In this document: one piece after another, positions 51,232 through 61,369 of the stretch | Layout: each line of letters begins with the position of its first letter | How positions within the stretch are numbered: position 1 is the first letter of the stretch | Source: Candidatus Latescibacterota bacterium | Lineage (GTDB): Bacteria; Latescibacterota; UBA2968 | Assembly: GCA_965208125.1 (NCBI GenBank) | Contig: OZ242320.1 | Location: forward strand, 5,504,001 to 5,568,000 | DNA length: 64,000 nucleotides | Direction: 5' to 3' | The notes under the pieces: model-generated | What the model was told of the DNA's origin: nothing | Databases searched by the model: none | What the model saw: only the letters and a program-made list of their open reading frames with translations | Program-made: the position numbers and the translations under genes

Positions 51232-51911
51232 GCCTTAGATTCCTCCTTTGCCACTTTCATTACAATCCAAACTGCAAGGTCGAATTGATCAGGCGAGTAT
51301 CCGAACACCTGGGCGTGTTCAATAAAAGAATCTTCCAGTACTTCGTACTTGCTTAACGTCGAAACTGATTTGAGTGGGGTGTCTGTGAGACCAACCCAAT
51401 TCAAATACGCCAAAACATGTACATCCAGAATCGCAATGTGCTTTGCGTAACCGATGTTGCGGAGAAACAGACTCGCCTGCTTAGGACCCAAACCCGCTAC
51501 CTCAGCGACCAGAACGCGCCGTGCGCTACGAACATCACTGGCACTGTTGAGTAATTTTAGAATTGATCCTCTTGAAGTGTATAGACGTTCTGCTGACCGA
51601 CGAATCTGATTGGCCCGAATACGATAGAATGGATAGCCCCCAGAAAGTGCTGTCACCGTATCCTCTTCATATTGTTCAAAGCATGTGTTTCGTAGTGGTT
51701 GTGATAGCAAACACATACCGTCCATGCGTTCAACAGCCGCGTGAACAGCTTCGAATTTTACCCGGCTACCTAAGATACAGGATACAAGTTCTCGCCATAA
51801 ATCATCTTCGCTGTACTTCTTCCACGAGACTGAGGTACACTCGTCAAGTGTGCTACACACGTCCCGGATCGCTTGTTCAATCGTTGGAAGCGAAAAACTA
51901 ATAATCGCCAT
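51219..51911 (-). CDS. 8-oxoguanine DNA glycosylase/N-glycosylase-like HhH protein (Cap11-like)
   Basis: ELVSCILGS, VAGLGPKQASLFLRNIG, AILDVHV. Confidence 0.88.
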   Translation of the reverse strand: MAIISFSLPTIEQAIRDVCSTLDECTSVSWKKYSEDDLWRELVSCILGSRVKFEAVHAAVERMDGMCLLSQPLRNTCFEQYEEDTVTALSGGYPFYRIRANQIRRSAERLYTSRGSILKLLNSASDVRSARRVLVAEVAGLGPKQASLFLRNIGYAKHIAILDVHVLAYLNWVGLTDTPLKSVSTLSKYEVLEDSFIEHAQVFGYSPDQFDLAVWIVMKVAKEESKAWVL

Positions 51912-51912
51912 G

Positions 51913-52947
51913 CTATTCGTCTCCTTTGCTGGCCTGGATTAGAAAATCGGCTTGTTCGTTAGTTGCGTACTTTTGAATGAACGATTCTACATCTCCAAAA
52001 TGTAGTGCTTCGTATAAGCTTGCCATAAATTTGTGATAGAAACTCAAATTGTGCATCAAGACCGTTTGGATGTACGGTAGTCCAGAGCATTGCCCCCATT
52101 CTGTCTGATGGCGGATCAAGTCCCATTGCTGGAAATGTAAAAGCCTACCTGTTTCATGATCAACAACGGTTTGACACCATTCTAAACCATCGAAACTATC
52201 GGCTCCAGCGAGCGAGTAAGCAATAATCGAAAGGGGATTTCCAGTGCCGAGTAGATGAATCGGACAATATACACCCAGCGCATTGAGGGCCTCTCGGATT
52301 TTCCTTACCGTTCGGGTTCGCTCGATAATACCTTCTCCAAGCTCACGTTCTGGGACAGCCAAAAGTAGGGGGTAAAGCTGCTCTGCCGTTCTGCGGGCCG
52401 CATCCGGTAGCAATGTCGTGTCTCCATGGATTATCGGAGTCACTGTTCTGAAGGCATGTTTCTGATCTCGAATAACACCGGCCACTACATCTTTGGCAAT
52501 TGACTCTGAGGTATTGGGTGGCTGCTGGTTATCATAGCAGAAGCAGAGATGGTGATGGTCAGAACCAGCGATCTCCTGGAACCTCTCCGGATGCCAGTCT
52601 TTATCGTCTTTCCAAAAGCTTTCGTAATTCCCGCTGTCCATGAGGATCACGGCACCGCGTTCCTTGCCTTGCGTCAGCGCGGTATCTATGCGCAAGCGCT
52701 GATCTTCGGTACAATGAGCGATATCATAGGCAGATACCAAAAATAGCGGATAATGGGCTCCGACAAGAAGTTCTACATAATCAACAGGTGAAAGGTTTGT
52801 CTTAACACTCGAAACCGATGGAAAAAAACAGGGCAGTCGAAGGGGTGTCTGTGAGATATATAGCTCCGTGCTTCGATCTATTACCATAGTAATTTCCTTG
52901 GTCGAGTGCACAATTTCATAGCCATTAATAGGCGTTTTCAATGGCAT
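51913..52947 (-). CDS. tRNA-guanine transglycosylase (TGT)-like protein (Cap10-like)
   Basis: P.FFPSVSS, LMDSGNY, IHLLGTG, GADSFDG, HNL. Confidence 0.85.
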   Translation of the reverse strand: MPLKTPINGYEIVHSTKEITMVIDRSTELYISQTPLRLPCFFPSVSSVKTNLSPVDYVELLVGAHYPLFLVSAYDIAHCTEDQRLRIDTALTQGKERGAVILMDSGNYESFWKDDKDWHPERFQEIAGSDHHHLCFCYDNQQPPNTSESIAKDVVAGVIRDQKHAFRTVTPIIHGDTTLLPDAARRTAEQLYPLLLAVPERELGEGIIERTRTVRKIREALNALGVYCPIHLLGTGNPLSIIAYSLAGADSFDGLEWCQTVVDHETGRLLHFQQWDLIRHQTEWGQCSGLPYIQTVLMHNLSFYHKFMASLYEALHFGDVESFIQKYATNEQADFLIQASKGDE

Positions 52948-53017
52948 CCTTGAGGGCGTTTAAGATGAACGAGAGGGGCCACGATGTCCTGGCATCCAAG
53001 AGTCTTTTGGGGTTACA

Positions 53018-53962
53018 TTACTTTGGATTAATTACCACATCTCGGCGTGCGCACCACATAGTGTGTTCACGAGAAATGGTCTCCTCAACCTGCTCTATAA
53101 GTGCGAGAAAATCATCCTCTTTCGTTATATTCGAAGCTACCGTTTCCTGCTCCCCCAGTTCTTGGGCGGCGAGGGAATAAGACTGAGTCAACTCACTGTA
53201 GCGCTTCATCTGACTCCAAGCGATAGCAGAAGCAGCACCGGTCATCAGCAATGGGACCACGTTTACCGGCAAGCTACTTGAAGCAGCCCAAATAATTGCG
53301 AGAACAATGGCAAGAACCTGTAGTACCACAACTGTCCAGAACCAACAATTTTCCTTCCTTGAATTGAACGTGGCTTTATTTGAATACCATATTTTTTGAT
53401 CGCGAAGCCTCGATTCAAGATACATATCCCGCCGTTCATCCACGGATTTCCGGCGCATATCACTCATAAATTGACTAAGGGCCTGAACATCTGGGTCTAA
53501 GCTATGCGCCAAATCTTTTGGGCTAGAAGGTCTCGCCTTTCTTATTTCTTTCAGTCTCTCGATAAATGATTGCTCAGCGGTGCTGTCTTCCTTGAACGGT
53601 GCTGCCTTCATCATGAATCGCCATGTAGCGGTTTTTGTGGACTCAGCAATGGCGCGGCAATCAAACCACACCTTATCGTCCCGACGTACATGGGATACCA
53701 AAGTGAGAATGACTCCAATTACCAGAATGATCGCCAAAACAATACAAGCCCATTTGACGGCTGCGACCGGAACTATCGTCGTAAGGGCAGCACCAACACT
53801 CCCCAAAAGAAGACAACCAATATGGCACTTCTGCAAACAAAGATAACGCCATTGTGCTGAAAGTGAAGCCTGGTCGGCACTCTGGTATAGAGCCGGGAAG
53901 TGCTGGTCCCCAATACTGGAAGATACTGGCTCTTGATGTTTCTTCAGCACATTGGACATCAA
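53018..53962 (-). CDS. SLATT/DUF4231 four-TM protein (CBASS 4TM-type effector)
   Basis: ADQASLSAQ, WFDCRAIAESTKT..WRFMM, Y...RLRDQ..WY, EETISREHTMW; two TM hairpins. Confidence 0.85.
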   Translation of the reverse strand: MMSNVLKKHQEPVSSSIGDQHFPALYQSADQASLSAQWRYLCLQKCHIGCLLLGSVGAALTTIVPVAAVKWACIVLAIILVIGVILTLVSHVRRDDKVWFDCRAIAESTKTATWRFMMKAAPFKEDSTAEQSFIERLKEIRKARPSSPKDLAHSLDPDVQALSQFMSDMRRKSVDERRDMYLESRLRDQKIWYSNKATFNSRKENCWFWTVVVLQVLAIVLAIIWAASSSLPVNVVPLLMTGAASAIAWSQMKRYSELTQSYSLAAQELGEQETVASNITKEDDFLALIEQVEETISREHTMWCARRDVVINPK

Positions 53963-54014
53963 TATCCCCCCAAATATCTGGTTCTATCAAGGAATACTCA
54001 TTTCTTAAAGCTGA

Positions 54015-55286
54015 TTAAACTTCCGTGCGATCTAAGTCCGGCTTGATCAGCCTCACCTGGCCTGTGAGAAGTTGCTGCATCATACCTTGCTTGATAGCGC
54101 GGGCCTTGTCCCTGCGTCGCTCCAACGCGGCGGTCTCGGCGTCTATATCGGAGAGAACGGCAGCAATGGCGCGTTGTTCGTTAAGCTGAGGCAACACAAC
54201 GTTGTAGGAGCTTCGAATAACGCTTGGATGAGCTTTCAGGGTATAATCGAAGACCTTACGTGAATGCTCATTCTGCAGGTGATATGCAAGATAGCGATAG
54301 TCAATGGATGATGTCCTGATACGCATATAACCACAGACATTGGTAACTGAGAATCGGTGTTTGGGTCGATAAAAAAAATGTCCGCCGCCATCAACAGACC
54401 ATGTAATCAGTTCCTCATCGAACATGTAATCGCCATACGAACCAAATAGGCCGTTAAGATGGACAGACGACGAGTAAATTGGGTAATCTCCAGGCTGTCG
54501 ATCAATGTCCTTCTGTGAAATCACCTTACCTCTAAAGAGTTCGATGTCACCTCGTTGTTCTAGTTCCCCGAGACGCTTAGTTTCCCACTTCTCACTGAAA
54601 CCCGGCAGGCGAGTCTTGTCAGTGAGAAGTTGCTGCATAGCGGCCTGCTTGACGGCTCGCTTTTTGGAGATTAGTTCCTCCAACGCGTCAAGCAATCCAT
54701 CCATATCCGACAACACCTCGGCGATGGCGCGTTGTTCGGTAGGAGGTGGAAGAGGAATGTTCAGATAACGGAGTGTTCCCAATGCTATAAACTTCTGAAT
54801 TCCACCGTCTAAGCTGTCTTTCAAATAGGTCTGGAATGACGGTGACGCCATTAAATGGATCAAGAATGTTGGTAGTACTTTTTGCGGCTTTATAAGTGCA
54901 ACATTTTTGATACAGAAATCTGGTTCAAAATCGATTAACACAGTACTCCCAATCGTCCCTATCATGGACATCAGAATGTCATTAAGATCTACCTTTGATC
55001 GCTTGTTGATTCTATCGGCATCTTGCTCCGAAATACATGAAATATTTTCAAGATCAAGGCTACCGTTTACTATATTTTTGGAAGTTATAAGGGGGACACC
55101 TGTACTATAGAATCGGGGGGAATCGTGTGTACCATCTCTAACATCGCAAATTGTCTCGAGTTTTTGAATTGACCATTCTTCCGGAATCATCCCCACCTCT
55201 GTACGCTTGTAACCCACTGGTACCTCTTCCGATAGGGTGTATTCAGCTTCAAGGGCCTTGCCCATTGTCTTTTGTACCTTACTCAC
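54015..55286 (-). CDS. hsdS: Type I RM specificity subunit
   Basis: GYKRTEVGMIPEEW; two TRDs each followed by EQRAIA..LSD.D...MQQLLT. Confidence 0.95.
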   Translation of the reverse strand: MSKVQKTMGKALEAEYTLSEEVPVGYKRTEVGMIPEEWSIQKLETICDVRDGTHDSPRFYSTGVPLITSKNIVNGSLDLENISCISEQDADRINKRSKVDLNDILMSMIGTIGSTVLIDFEPDFCIKNVALIKPQKVLPTFLIHLMASPSFQTYLKDSLDGGIQKFIALGTLRYLNIPLPPPTEQRAIAEVLSDMDGLLDALEELISKKRAVKQAAMQQLLTDKTRLPGFSEKWETKRLGELEQRGDIELFRGKVISQKDIDRQPGDYPIYSSSVHLNGLFGSYGDYMFDEELITWSVDGGGHFFYRPKHRFSVTNVCGYMRIRTSSIDYRYLAYHLQNEHSRKVFDYTLKAHPSVIRSSYNVVLPQLNEQRAIAAVLSDIDAETAALERRRDKARAIKQGMMQQLLTGQVRLIKPDLDRTEV

Positions 55287-55392
55287 AACTTAGAACCGTC
55301 ATGCTGGTAGGTGGCCGAAAAGGTTTCCGATGGCAAATATGGATGTGCCAAACGAAATCACGTTCATATCAGACTGTCTATAGCAAACCAAA

Positions 55393-56347
55393 TCAAGTAG
55401 GAGAAACTCCTATCTGCTGAATAAATTCACTCCACAGACGCTTAGCGGCGTTCTCTGGAGTGATCTGCCCCTGGTCATTTCTAAAGCCTATAGTTAGTAT
55501 TGACGAGATACTGCTTGTAACCGTCCGATTCTATGTAGAAGATGCCATTTGCTATATTGGAGTCAGCGTTTTCCGAGAACGAGTAGGATATATCACCCAA
55601 CCCCATACGGCCGTTCCCGCAATGTATAGTGATGTGCGCTGTACTCTGGTTCCGCAGGCGTGCCCTATTGACGATTGTGCATCCGAACGAACTCGGTCCG
55701 TGAGATACAAAACGCCCGCGCAAATCGTCAATCGTATTGATCAGGTCAATCTGCTGCTGAAAGTAGTCCCGGATGGTCGCAAATGCGGTCTCGCGGAACT
55801 CACTGCGGTCTATTTCGTCGAAATCTTTCTGTATCCGATAAGAAGGAGCCGCTGGCTGTGTGTCCATAGTCCCTCCAGAGAAAGGAGTGTGTTCTGTACC
55901 AGACACAGTATCCCTACGAGTTTCAATAATACGCCGAAGTTCCTGGACGACATCAAGATAGGCACTGTTCTGGTTCATCCACTCGCTGATGGGTTTGCCA
56001 TCGCGTGGCAGCACTTTAAGCTCATGTATCGGTAAAGAAAACCAATCGCAAGGCTCGATAATAATCGCTACAACATGTACTGCACCATCCCTATGGCGCT
56101 CAAGTGCCCGCTTCATTTCACGATTGACGCAATAGTCGGATGCCAGGAAATCCGGACTAACCAGCATCAAGAAGAGATCACAGGACTCAAGCTCCTTGGT
56201 AATCTCGGCATCAATGTTTCCACCCGCGAGAATTTCACGATCAAACCATGCATCAATAAGCCCCTCAAAACGAAGGGGTGCCAAATGGGTGTGTAGTCGA
56301 TTCAGAGCTTCATCATCTCTGTGTGAATATGAAATGAATACCTTCAT
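55393..56347 (-). CDS. TIR-domain protein with a probable frameshift near its 3' end
   Basis: MKVFISYSHRD...LLVSPDFLASDYC-like segment (LMLVSPDFLASDYCVNREM). The frame stops at 55481, but a shifted frame continues ITPENAAKRLWSEFIQQIGVS* to 55393. Confidence 0.8.
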
Positions 56348-56740
56348 TGCATTAATCCTCACTTTAGTATAGAGCTTCTTGCCACGTGGCGTGGCTGACA
56401 TCCTTTCACAGTGATAGACGCATATTTACAGACCGTTTTAATACGCACGAAAAAGGCCATGTAATTTTTTTATCAAGCTATTGAATATACCGAATCTTTA
56501 CGTTTCTGGCAAAGCTGAAACCATAACGGAAGAGCCTCTTATATCCTAAAAAATCATGCTCTTTGAAGTTGTTGATGATCAGGAGGCTAAAACAGTGGGA
56601 TTAACCAGGGGAATATGGGGGAGAAGTCCAGTGACTTGTGAAGTGGAAGGTAGTCCTGTCTCTGGGACGGAGAATATCTGAAGCGCTATCTCGGAAATCT
56701 CAGAGTGACAGGGATCTGACTTGATATGTTGCTGGTTAGA

Positions 56741-57586
56741 CTATGTCTGACACAACTCAGCTATCATCGCCGCATTTTCGCCGAGTTGATCGTTGAATTT
56801 TTGATACATCCCCACCAGAAGAACATCATTGGATTTGATATTTTTAAGCGTAAAGGCAAATTCCTCGCGAATCTGATTTTTGGAGTTAATAGCGCGCCCA
56901 GCAGCGAGAACTTTGAAAGCAATACAAGGCTTATCAGTGCTGCGAATAATGCCACACATGCGGTCACGGTGTTCGCGGAGATAGATTTCACTCAGGGGTT
57001 GATGACCAAATTTTTGTTCAAATTCTTCGCGTGCGCCCTGCAAATAATACAGCGCGGTCATGTAATAGTCGATATCCCAATCCTCTTCCTCAGCAATCTC
57101 AATAATGCGGGGATTGTGTACCGACAACCCGACCATAACACCCGTGTTGCGAATACGCTTGAGAATATCTCGAAGATAATCCAAGCGATTTTCTTGAAAG
57201 CATCGCCCAGCAACACCGCTTCCGTGGGGTGCCATGCCAATGGGATTGTGTTTGGCGGCTTCATCGATCAGTGAGGGATCGTCATACCAGTGTCCCCCTC
57301 TGCTGAGACAAAAGTAATGAATCGTACCTCCCTCATCGCGGTATCGCTGAAGATCGGCTGCCGAACGTTCGGTAAGCGTATTTTGCCAGGCGTTAACACC
57401 CACCTCTTCTGCACGTCGCAAAGTCGCTATAACCTGATCGGATGTATTGGCTTCTTGCTGGTGTTGTGAGAGCAACTGATTGAAATGTGCATACCCGTAG
57501 ATCGGATTATCGCCCATGATGAGACGACTGATCTGATATTGTCCGAATTGAACAGTTGGGAGATTTATCGTGTTTGAGACTGACAT
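56741..57586 (-). CDS. Aldo/keto-reductase-like TIM-barrel hypothetical protein
   Basis: ISRLIMGDNP, GLSVH, AFKVLAAGR, VGMY. Confidence 0.6.
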   Translation of the reverse strand: MSVSNTINLPTVQFGQYQISRLIMGDNPIYGYAHFNQLLSQHQQEANTSDQVIATLRRAEEVGVNAWQNTLTERSAADLQRYRDEGGTIHYFCLSRGGHWYDDPSLIDEAAKHNPIGMAPHGSGVAGRCFQENRLDYLRDILKRIRNTGVMVGLSVHNPRIIEIAEEEDWDIDYYMTALYYLQGAREEFEQKFGHQPLSEIYLREHRDRMCGIIRSTDKPCIAFKVLAAGRAINSKNQIREEFAFTLKNIKSNDVLLVGMYQKFNDQLGENAAMIAELCQT

Positions 57587-57815
57587 GTTATTACTCCTTC
57601 GTTTTACTTAGAAGCTGTTTTAAATTTAATGAAAGGGGGCGTCTGTCGTCAGGGCTCATAGCACGAGAGATTCTGGATTCGGTGTTGTGAATTTGGCAGA
57701 CGATGTCTGCCAAATCTCGGAGCCATCGATGAAACAGGGAATTTCCGAGACAGCGTCGCGGAAATCTCAGGACTGCCCAATATCTGAGAAGATGTCTCAA
57801 AATCGAATGTTTGAC

Positions 57816-60251
57816 TCATAGCACAATCCCCATCTTCTTCAAATGTCCCTCAACCTTCGCGCTGAAATCATCCACCTCTCGCTCCAACTCCGGAAGCGGA
57901 CGGGCATAGCGCTCTTCCAGTTCTTTTATTCGTCCTGTGAGGTGCTGTGTAAGTCGCTGCACCTCTTCCTGAATATCGGCTTGAATACTTGCGAACCACT
58001 TGTCCTCAACCACCAGTGTCTTGATCTCAGCCTCGGTAAGCATTGCGTATCGAGCCAGCACCTTTTGATCCAGCGCGGATTGGCTATCCCTAACAGCCTT
58101 ACTCGCCCTGGACTCAACGCCAATCAACTCCAAGCAGCACGAGAGAGCATCCCGTTCTTCGTCACTATCCGGTTCGTCCCGGATGATCTTAAGCCGCGTC
58201 GTCACCCCGGTTTTGGTAACCTTGCCTTTGTCATTGGTGGCGTCTTGCAACAAACCGTCCTCGCCCGTGTGTTCTTCGACAAATTCCTCCAACTCGCGAG
58301 CAGCAGTCTCTTGATCGGCTTGTAGCACCTCAATCGCAGCCTGATCTATAGCGAAGTAGCGCGCGACAATCAATCCCGGAGGAATCAGATCCATTTTATA
58401 CTTATTCTGCTTAATAGTCAAATCCGGCGTCTCTTTAATCTTCCTTTCCTTGTCCTCAATGATCCCACGCGGTTTGGCAGCCTCAGCCCAACCGTCGTCG
58501 GCAATGAGATACACATCGTCCTGCACAATCTCGTTCCAATAGTCCATCAGCCGCTGGTAAATATCGTAAGTGTCGAGCAACGGCAAATCGGCAAAACGCG
58601 CGAGCAGGTCTTCCGACAGGATGTGGATGATTTCTCTGGGATTAACACCTGTATCAAGCTCCTTGAGGAGCGGATCGTGAGTCTCCCGCCAACCATCCAG
58701 CACAGCCGAGACTTGCGTCATATAGCACTTAAACTCGTCGTGGTCGAGAATCGCATCCTTCACCGTCTCAACCCGAGGCTCGCTATAGCCCGCGCGACCA
58801 TTGCCGATGAATAATGCCTGACGTAGCGAAGGAAAGACCTCCCAATAATCACCCAGCGAGTCCAGATCTCGGTCTGGAATGCCACCATGCAAATGTGCAT
58901 CAAGATCGTGCAAATCTTCCGGCTCGCTGGAGTCAATATAACGCGGAATATTGAGGTTGTAGTCGTTAGCAGGACTGGCAATCTCGGCCATCGGTACCAT
59001 GCGAGAATAGCGCGGCAATTCGGTCTGCTTATTGAACACATCAACAATCCGGTGTATATCCTGCGCGCGCAAGCGGTTCTTATTGCCATCCTTGAGGAAC
59101 CCTTTACTCGCGTCAATCATAAAGAGGCCAGTACGGGCATGGGCATTCTCCTTATCAATAACCAGAATACACGCGGGAATACCAGTGCCGTAGAACAAAT
59201 TGGCAGGCAGGCCGATAATGCCCTTAATGAGACCGCGCTGGATGAGGTTCTTGCGGATATCCGCCTCCTTATTGCCGCGGAACAATACGCCATGCGGCAG
59301 AATGATCGCGCCCTTTCCCCTACTCTTGAGCGACGTAATGAGGTGCAGGAGAAAGGCATAGTCGCCATTCTTTGCCGGAGGGATACCGTATTCAAAGCGC
59401 CCGTACTCATCGTGCTCTGGATTGAGACCACTGGACCACGCCTTGGCGGAAAAAGGCGGATTGGCAACGGCAAAGTCGAAGGTTCTGAGATTATCATAAG
59501 GATTTTTGAAGTACGGAGCAGCCAGCGTGTTGCCATTATATAACTCGGCAGTTGGGTGACCGTGCAGGATCATATTCATCCGCGCGAGCGACCATGTGGC
59601 ATTGTCCATCTCCTGTCCGTATATCGTAATCCCATTCGGGGCCTCATCCGCGGCCTTGAGCAGCAGCGACCCAGAGCCGCAGGTCGGATCGTAAATCGTC
59701 TCGTCCTGACGGGTGTGCGGGCCAATACCCACCACCTTCGCCATAATCCGCGACACCTCAGCCGGTGTGTAAAACTGTCCCTTGCTCTTACCGGACTCGG
59801 TGGCGAAGTGCATCATCAAATACTCGTATGCATCGCCCAACAGATCATCGCCCTCAGCCCTATTACCGCGAAGGTCGAGACCCTCGAAAATGGCGACCAA
59901 CTTCGACAACCGGTCTTGCATCTCCTTACCCGCACCCAGCTTGCTCCCGTCGTTAAAGTCAGCCTGATCAATGACGCCCTGGAGATCATTGGCCTCGGCG
60001 AGTTTACCGATGATTTTGTTAATTTTATCGCCGATCTCCTTGTCGCCCTTCAACTTCACCATATCGGCGAAACTACCCCCATCGGGCACTTCAATGAGCG
60101 CGTCTGGATCGCCTGCGTACCTGTCCGAGATGTATTTCATAAACAGCAGTGTCAGGACGTAATCCTTGTACTGCGAGGCATCCATACCACCGCGCAATTC
60201 ATCGCAACTTTGCCAGAGTGATGAATAGAGTTGGGATTTTTTAACAGCCAT
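57816..60251 (-). CDS. hsdM: Type I RM methyltransferase subunit (long form)
   Basis: GQFYTP, YDPTCGSGSLL, ANPPF, PHGVLFRG, NLNIPRYI. Confidence 0.97.
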   Translation of the reverse strand: MAVKKSQLYSSLWQSCDELRGGMDASQYKDYVLTLLFMKYISDRYAGDPDALIEVPDGGSFADMVKLKGDKEIGDKINKIIGKLAEANDLQGVIDQADFNDGSKLGAGKEMQDRLSKLVAIFEGLDLRGNRAEGDDLLGDAYEYLMMHFATESGKSKGQFYTPAEVSRIMAKVVGIGPHTRQDETIYDPTCGSGSLLLKAADEAPNGITIYGQEMDNATWSLARMNMILHGHPTAELYNGNTLAAPYFKNPYDNLRTFDFAVANPPFSAKAWSSGLNPEHDEYGRFEYGIPPAKNGDYAFLLHLITSLKSRGKGAIILPHGVLFRGNKEADIRKNLIQRGLIKGIIGLPANLFYGTGIPACILVIDKENAHARTGLFMIDASKGFLKDGNKNRLRAQDIHRIVDVFNKQTELPRYSRMVPMAEIASPANDYNLNIPRYIDSSEPEDLHDLDAHLHGGIPDRDLDSLGDYWEVFPSLRQALFIGNGRAGYSEPRVETVKDAILDHDEFKCYMTQVSAVLDGWRETHDPLLKELDTGVNPREIIHILSEDLLARFADLPLLDTYDIYQRLMDYWNEIVQDDVYLIADDGWAEAAKPRGIIEDKERKIKETPDLTIKQNKYKMDLIPPGLIVARYFAIDQAAIEVLQADQETAARELEEFVEEHTGEDGLLQDATNDKGKVTKTGVTTRLKIIRDEPDSDEERDALSCCLELIGVESRASKAVRDSQSALDQKVLARYAMLTEAEIKTLVVEDKWFASIQADIQEEVQRLTQHLTGRIKELEERYARPLPELEREVDDFSAKVEGHLKKMGIVL

Positions 60252-60277
60252 TTTTTAGTCCTCTTACATCAAGCCTC

Positions 60278-61345
60278 TCAATCAAACACCAGCACCGTGC
60301 GCGCCACTTTCCCCTGAACCATATCCTCGAATGCCTCATTGATCTCATCCAGCGGACGGAAGCGCGATATCAACTCATCCAATTTAATCTTTCCCTGCCG
60401 ATAGAGATCCAGAATCCACAAAAAATCAACGCGAGCGCGGGCAGCACCGTGCCATGAACCCATAATCGCACGATCGCGCAAAAGATCTGTACCATCGACG
60501 GATATATCCTCCCCAGTCGGCTGCACCCCCACCACAATCGCGACTCCAGTCGTTCGAACCGACGCAAACGCCTGTCTCACCAGCGCGGGAAACCCGACGA
60601 CCTCAAACGCGTAATCCGCTCCACCGCCCGTAATCTCCATAATTCGCTGAACCGGATCTTCCCTATCCGCATTTATAAAATGCGTCGCCCCAAACTGCTC
60701 CGCCAACTCCAGCTTATACGGCACATTATCCACCGCAATAATCTTCCCAGCCGAAGCGAGAACACCCCCTTGAATAACATTGAGACCGACGCCCCCACAG
60801 CCGAACACAGCCATTGTCGCGCCCGCTTCGACCTTTGCGCGATTCACCACAGCGCCGATGCCCGTAATCACCCCGCAACTGATCAGACACGCTATCCGAA
60901 GATCTGTATCATCCGGCACCTTCACACACGCATCCGCCGCCACAACCGACTGCTCGGTATATGTGGGCCGCCCGTGGTAATAAACCGTCCCATTTTTGGA
61001 AATGCGACTCGGCACACCTCCTTGATGGGTTTCACAAAGCGCCGGACTGCCCTCGCTGCAATTCCGGCAATAGCCGCACATCGCATCGAGAGAGAGAACA
61101 ATCTTGTCCCCAACCTGAACACTGGTCACGCCGGGACCGACCTCTCTAACAACCCCTGCGCCCTCGTGCCCCATAACCAGAGGAAGCCCGCGAGGCTTTA
61201 CATGCCCATCCACATAGTGATAATCGCTGTGACAAACCCCTGCGCCCACAATATCGAGAAGCACCTCTCCCTCATGGGGAGATTCAATATCCACATCTTC
61301 GACAGAAACACGGGTATGGGGTTTGTGGAGAATAGCTGCTTTCAT
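60278..61345 (-). CDS. Zn-dependent alcohol dehydrogenase (class III-like)
   Basis: GVCHSD, GHEGAG, CGYCRNC...C, FGCGGVG. Confidence 0.92.
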   Translation of the reverse strand: MKAAILHKPHTRVSVEDVDIESPHEGEVLLDIVGAGVCHSDYHYVDGHVKPRGLPLVMGHEGAGVVREVGPGVTSVQVGDKIVLSLDAMCGYCRNCSEGSPALCETHQGGVPSRISKNGTVYYHGRPTYTEQSVVAADACVKVPDDTDLRIACLISCGVITGIGAVVNRAKVEAGATMAVFGCGGVGLNVIQGGVLASAGKIIAVDNVPYKLELAEQFGATHFINADREDPVQRIMEITGGGADYAFEVVGFPALVRQAFASVRTTGVAIVVGVQPTGEDISVDGTDLLRDRAIMGSWHGAARARVDFLWILDLYRQGKIKLDELISRFRPLDEINEAFEDMVQGKVARTVLVFD

Positions 61346-61369
61346 TTTTTAACTCCTATGGCTAAAATG

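Noticed and set aside
50635-52947. QueC/TGT as housekeeping queuosine synthesis or a Dpd DNA-modification cluster
   Set aside because: No queD/queE/queF/folE or dpd partner genes are nearby. The TGT is divergent, and the genes are coupled to OGG, TIR and SLATT inside a defence island.
57591-57800. 69-aa ORF after hsdM
   Set aside because: Weak TTG start and no motif; the region is better explained as a gene remnant in other frames.
37037-60277. Island as an integrative element or prophage
   Set aside because: No integrase, transposase, phage genes or terminal att repeats were found at the two outer boundaries.
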